Assembly (NCBI GenBank): GCA_938084645.1
Contig: CALKEP010000040.1
Location: forward strand, 1-49,285
DNA length: 49,285 bases
Direction of reading: 5' to 3'
DNA from: an uncultured Phycisphaerales bacterium
GTDB taxonomy: Bacteria; Planctomycetota; Phycisphaerae; Phycisphaerales; SM1A02
Below, piece after piece: positions 45,419 through 49,285 of the stretch; within the stretch, counting starts at the first letter, position 1, and each line of letters starts with the position of its first letter. The notes beneath the pieces are model-generated. The model did not search any database and was not told where the DNA came from. It was given only the letters and a program-made list of their open reading frames with translations. The translations under genes were made by a program, and so were the position numbers.

Positions 45419-46702
45419 TCAGGCGTGCACCGCCGAGGTGTTGATCGGCTGATCCTCGTCGTCGGCGAGCCCGGCGCCTCTGGCGATTCGCCATGCCCGA
45501 CGGTCCATCGAGATCAACAGACCCAGCGAGAAGGCGGTGAGGATCCAGCCGGTCCCCCCCCGGCTCACCAGCGGCAGCGCGATTCCCTTCGTGGGCGCCA
45601 TGCCGGTCGTGACCATGAGATTGATGACCGCCTGCAGGCCGAAGGTGAGCACGATTCCGAAGCCGACCAGCCTGGAGAAGGGTGGAACCGCCTCGAGCGC
45701 CAGATCCGAGTCGTTCACGGCCGGCGTCGATCGCCCGCCGATGATCCGACCGCCGACGAGCACCAGGCCGATGAAGAGCCCGATCAGAAGGGCCGCTCCG
45801 AACGCACCGAGCTCTTCGCAGATGATCGGAAAGATGAAGTCGGTCTGATTCTCCGGAAGCCACCCGTACTTCTGGATCGAGTGCCCGAAGCCGACGCCCT
45901 CGATGCCGCCGGAGCTGATCGAGCCGAGCGATTGGACGAGCTGGAAGCCGCTGCCCTGTGGATCCGCATAGGGATCGAGCATGGTCATCACCCGCTTCAC
46001 CCGATACGGCTCGGCCAGCACGAGTGCGATGAACGCGAGCACCCCGACGGGCGCGAGCCCGAGCACCTGCCAGAGGCGAACCCCGGCGACGAGCAGCATG
46101 CAGACCGTCACGGTCATCACCAGTGCCGCGGTTCCGAGGTCCTCGAGGGCGATCAACCCGCAGATGAAGCCCGAGAGCAGGAGTGGTGGAAGCATGCCCG
46201 TGGTGAAACGATGCATCGACGAGGCGTGACGGATGCAATGCCATCCGACGATGATCGGTAGCCCCCATTTGGCGATCTCGCTCGGCTGGAACTGCAGTGA
46301 CCCGACCCGAAGCCATCGATGCGCCCCCTTGACCTCGGGCGCAAGCTGGGGCACGAAGGTCAGGAGCAACGTCCCGACGATCAGGGCGAGAAGCCAGGGA
46401 ATCGGCGATGCGAGCCCCCCCGCCCGACCGAGGCGTTCGACCGGAATCCACGATCCGATCACCAGGGCGCCGATCGCGAGCAAGGCGTACCAGGTCTGCT
46501 TCCCCAGAAGCGTGTCCGCGACCCGCCGACCCGCGAGATCCGAGATCGCCGACGCGTCGAGCGCGTAGGAACGATCCGCACCTTCGAGCCGAACGGTCGA
46601 ACCCGGGTTCTCGAGTCGCTTCAGCGACGCGGAATTCACCATCACCACGCCGAAGATGAACAGCGTGACCACGAGAAGTGCGACGATCTGACCGGCTCGC
46701 AT
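45419..46702 (-). CDS. ftsW: SEDS peptidoglycan polymerase FtsW
   Basis: Motifs KGAHRW, FQPSE, DLGT, GFQLVQS, LPENQTDFIF (catalytic Asp), PTKGIALPLVS; adjacent to murG. Confidence 0.88.
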   Translation of the reverse strand: MRAGQIVALLVVTLFIFGVVMVNSASLKRLENPGSTVRLEGADRSYALDASAISDLAGRRVADTLLGKQTWYALLAIGALVIGSWIPVERLGRAGGLASPIPWLLALIVGTLLLTFVPQLAPEVKGAHRWLRVGSLQFQPSEIAKWGLPIIVGWHCIRHASSMHRFTTGMLPPLLLSGFICGLIALEDLGTAALVMTVTVCMLLVAGVRLWQVLGLAPVGVLAFIALVLAEPYRVKRVMTMLDPYADPQGSGFQLVQSLGSISSGGIEGVGFGHSIQKYGWLPENQTDFIFPIICEELGAFGAALLIGLFIGLVLVGGRIIGGRSTPAVNDSDLALEAVPPFSRLVGFGIVLTFGLQAVINLMVTTGMAPTKGIALPLVSRGGTGWILTAFSLGLLISMDRRAWRIARGAGLADDEDQPINTSAVHA

Positions 46703-46759
46703 CGTCCAGTCATCGGCCCTGCCGGCCCTGCAAGTGGAATAAAGACCGCCGGACCGGGC

Positions 46760-46867
46760 CTACATCCAACCCTTCTTGCGGGAGATGATCATGTACGCGG
46801 CCACGATGCCACCGAGCAGGATCCCCACGCCCACCAGGGCCAGAATCTCTCCGATCGTGAAGTTCAT
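46760..46867 (-). CDS. Small single-pass membrane protein (35 aa)
   Basis: MNFTIGEILALVGVGILLGGIVAAYMIISRKKGWM; strong SD AGGGAGG 6 nt before the ATG; positive-inside RKK after the TM. Confidence 0.65.
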   Translation of the reverse strand: MNFTIGEILALVGVGILLGGIVAAYMIISRKKGWM

Positions 46868-47038
46868 CCGACGCCTCCCTGCAGGAATCTCGATGCGGCC
46901 ATGCCCCTCGGTCGATCCGAGGATAGCCCCCGTTTCAAACCGACGTCGGCCGACCGCGACGGCCGCCTGTGGATTCCCAGTCCGCGCTGATACGATTCCC
47001 GACCCGAGGCACTCGCCCGGACCCCTTGGAATCGCCCC

Positions 47039-48664
47039 TTGAAGACCGTGTATCTCGAGACTTTCGGCTGCCAGATGAACGAGCTCGACAGCGAGCTGGT
47101 GAGGGGTCATCTGGCGTCCATCGGATACGGGTTCACGACCAAGCCCGAAGACGCACAGATCCTGCTTTTCAACACCTGCAGCGTGCGCGAGCACGCCGAG
47201 AGCAAGGCTTACAGCCGACTCGGGATCGTCGGAAAGCGGAAGAAAGCTGGCGAGGATCTGGTGCTCGGGGTTCTGGGGTGCATGGCGGAGCGAGACGGTG
47301 TGGACATGCTCCGCCGGTATCCCCAGGTCGATCTCCTGTGCGGACCGGGCGAACTCGACAAGCTTCCGATGCTGATCGACAACGTGGCGAGAACATCCGC
47401 ATTCGCGGACGATCAGGCGGCCGAAGCCGGACGCGTGGCCCTCGCTGGAAACACCAGCCGCCGGTCGGCGGCCCTCTCCGCGACCAAGGACGATCTCGAG
47501 ACCCTCGATCTCGCCCGAGCGTTCGACCCCGACCAAGCGACCAGTGCGGCTCGCAGCGCCTACGTCCGGATCACCCGCGGTTGCAACAAGTTCTGCACCT
47601 ATTGCGTGGTCCCCTACACCCGTGGCGCGGAAGTCCATCGCCCACCCGATTCCATCGTCGAAGAGTGCCGACGACTCGCCGCCGCGGGGGTGATCGAAGT
47701 CACCCTGCTTGGCCAGACCGTCAATCACTATCGATACCACCATGGCGTCGCCATCACCGTCGACGGGCGCGAATCCCCGCAGATCGGTCCCGGGCTGAAG
47801 GCCTTCCGGAACGAACCGATCGATGATGCGGGGATCACGACCTTCGCCGGCCTGCTGGCCCGGATCCACGATGAGGTGCCCGAACTCGCGAGAATCCGGT
47901 TCCTGACCAGCTATCCAAGGGACTTCGGCGACGACGTGCTCGAGGTCATGGCGAGCCGCCCACGAATCTGCCGCTATCTCCACGTTCCCGCCCAGAGCGG
48001 GTCGAATCGCATCCTCAAGCTCATGAACCGGGGATACACCGTCGAGGAGTACCTCGAATTCACCGATCGGGTCCTCCGCCATCTCCCCGACGCCTCGATC
48101 GCGGGCGACATCATCGTGGGTTTTCCGACCGAGACCGACGAGGATTTCGAAGCGACGAAGAATCTCCTCCGTCGGGTCCCCTTCAAGAACAATTTCATCT
48201 TCAAGTACTCTCCTCGCCCGGGAACCACCGCCATCGACCGGTTCGAAGACGACGTGCCGGAAGCCGTCAAGAAGTTGCGGAACAACGAGTTGCTGGCCCT
48301 TCAGGCCGAAGTCGGTGCCGCCGTTCACGCCGATTGGATCGGGCGGGAGGTCGATGTTCTCGTGGAACGCAAGACCAACTATCACCGCCGCACCGCGGCT
48401 CCCCGGTCCTCCGCCGATGGACGGATCAGTCTCGGCGCGGGACTCACGGCGGGGCGGACGCCGGGATCCGAACCAGGATCCGAACCGGTCCAGGTCTCCG
48501 GACGAACCCAGGGGGACCTGATCACGGTGTTCGACGTAGCGGACGACGCCACCGCCGACGCGATGATCGGCGGGATCGTCCGGGTCAGGGTGGACGGAAG
48601 TGGCCCGTTGCTCCTCCGAGGCTCGCTCCTCGGGGCCGCGGTGCCGGCGGTGACCGACCGATAA
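47039..48664 (+). CDS. miaB: tRNA-2-methylthio-N6-dimethylallyladenosine synthase MiaB
   Basis: Motifs TFGCQMN, NTCSVRE, GCMAER, GCNKFCTYC, HVPAQSGS, VGFPTET, YSPRPGT, TRAM-like end; TTG start. Confidence 0.95.
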   Translation: MKTVYLETFGCQMNELDSELVRGHLASIGYGFTTKPEDAQILLFNTCSVREHAESKAYSRLGIVGKRKKAGEDLVLGVLGCMAERDGVDMLRRYPQVDLLCGPGELDKLPMLIDNVARTSAFADDQAAEAGRVALAGNTSRRSAALSATKDDLETLDLARAFDPDQATSAARSAYVRITRGCNKFCTYCVVPYTRGAEVHRPPDSIVEECRRLAAAGVIEVTLLGQTVNHYRYHHGVAITVDGRESPQIGPGLKAFRNEPIDDAGITTFAGLLARIHDEVPELARIRFLTSYPRDFGDDVLEVMASRPRICRYLHVPAQSGSNRILKLMNRGYTVEEYLEFTDRVLRHLPDASIAGDIIVGFPTETDEDFEATKNLLRRVPFKNNFIFKYSPRPGTTAIDRFEDDVPEAVKKLRNNELLALQAEVGAAVHADWIGREVDVLVERKTNYHRRTAAPRSSADGRISLGAGLTAGRTPGSEPGSEPVQVSGRTQGDLITVFDVADDATADAMIGGIVRVRVDGSGPLLLRGSLLGAAVPAVTDR

Positions 48665-48739
48665 CGGCCGAGCGTCTCGCCCTTCGATCCGAACGCTTCT
48701 TGGTCGAATTTCTCCCTCCCAGGGCCTGAAACGCGGGTT

Positions 48740-48756
48740 TCTGACGAATTGTCAGA
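48740..48756. promoter_or_regulatory. Candidate transcription-factor operator (perfect inverted repeat)
   Basis: TCTGAC-gaatt-GTCAGA in an AT-richer intergenic region, ~65 bp upstream of TTGACT (48820-48825). Confidence 0.45.
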
Positions 48757-48931
48757 TCTCGGCGTTGGCGACTGCAAGGTCGTGAACTGCAAAAAGGTGA
48801 TCAGACTCGGTGGCCCTGCTTGACTCCGTCATCGCCCGACTCATGTTTCAGTCATTGAGGGGAGGGATTTGGAGCCTGCCGACGTGGCTGCTCGGATCTA
48901 CCTCGCGTTCTTTGTTAGAGGAAAAGAAGAA

Positions 48932-49285
48932 ATGAAGACTCGTGCCCTTAGTCTTGGACTCGGACTTGCCATCGCCGGCACCTCCTTCGCGGACATCACC
49001 GGCGCCATCACGTATGACTACTCGGTCACGGCCGAAGACTTCGGCGGGACTTCGGTCACCGTCAACGTCTCCGACCTTTACCTGCTGAGCGACGACGGTG
49101 CCGACACGGTGCTCAACGTCTACAACATGCAGATGGCCGCCGCCGGCCAGGTGAGCTACTTCCAGAGCGCCACCGGCACCGGCTGGACCCCCAACAACCT
49201 GGGTGGCATCTTCGACACCCCGGCCCTGCGTCTCGCCGACTCGTTCGTCACCATCGGTGGCTTCCAGCAGGACACCCTGCTCCCC
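48932..49285 (+). CDS. Secreted protein of the Phycisphaerales 'DSFVTIG' family (often PEP-CTERM-type); truncated by the window end
   Basis: Not in the ORF track (no stop). SD AGAGGA plus A-rich spacer; signal peptide MKTRALSLGLGLAIAGTSFA; ...VLNVYN...ADSFVTIGG. Family assignment is from recall. Confidence 0.7.
   Translation, partial: MKTRALSLGLGLAIAGTSFADITGAITYDYSVTAEDFGGTSVTVNVSDLYLLSDDGADTVLNVYNMQMAAAGQVSYFQSATGTGWTPNNLGGIFDTPALRLADSFVTIGGFQQDTLLP

Noticed and set aside
982..48385. Many long antisense or alternate-frame ORFs (e.g. 982-2712, 2303-4327, 12864-15158, 30732-33197, 38178-40103, 42748-44280, 46760-48385)
   Set aside because: Shadow ORFs expected at ~70% GC. They are Arg/Gly/Pro-rich, have no motifs and lie over well-supported genes. 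Only the last 35 codons of 46760-48385 were kept.
48766..48825. Sigma54 promoter candidates (TTGGCG...TGC, TGGCCC...TTG)
   Set aside because: The GG-N10-GC spacing is not met.
1..49285. CRISPR arrays, tRNA/rRNA genes, IS elements, integrases, defence islands
   Set aside because: By eye, no regularly spaced repeats, cloverleaf or T-loop signatures, terminal inverted repeats or relevant protein motifs were found. Composition is uniform apart from bases 1-120. tRNAscan-SE and Infernal would confirm.

Overview
A GC-rich bacterial chromosomal segment (roughly 68-70% GC by eye), mostly housekeeping genes. Gene families suggest Planctomycetota, probably Phycisphaerae; this is inferred from a planctomycete-type HTH-sigma70 protein, a 'DSFVTIG' secreted protein, rpsP-trmD-rplS without rimM and a stand-alone rpsR. 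Translation and RNA genes: rpsP-trmD-rplS-queD, rplM-rpsI, rpsR, miaB, ygfZ-like, trmH-like, a DEAD-box helicase, psuG and a short rho. Envelope genes: murA, ftsW-murG, alr and two MlaD/MCE proteins. Metabolic genes: moaC, mqnA, fumC-FNR, HMG-CoA lyase, an amidohydrolase plus APC permease, and an M42 peptidase. Signalling genes: a degenerate membrane-PAS-histidine kinase, a pseudo-receiver/GGDEF module and a degenerate sigma factor. I found no tRNA, rRNA, CRISPR array, transposase or integrase. The most notable observations are: (1) an abrupt ~120-bp, 40% GC segment at the left edge encoding a phage-like clamp-loader fragment, probably a chimeric contig end; (2) several normally conserved proteins with altered key residues (kinase H-box H>S, MurG GGH>GGT, Rho RNP1, sigma regions 2 and 4); (3) two unannotated small membrane proteins; (4) structured leaders on all three ribosomal-protein transcription units; (5) a recurring leaderless-mRNA promoter layout. 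I cannot establish a complete new multi-gene system from sequence alone. The best candidates are the pseudo-receiver/GGDEF/metallophosphoesterase module and the small protein-ftsW-murG unit.
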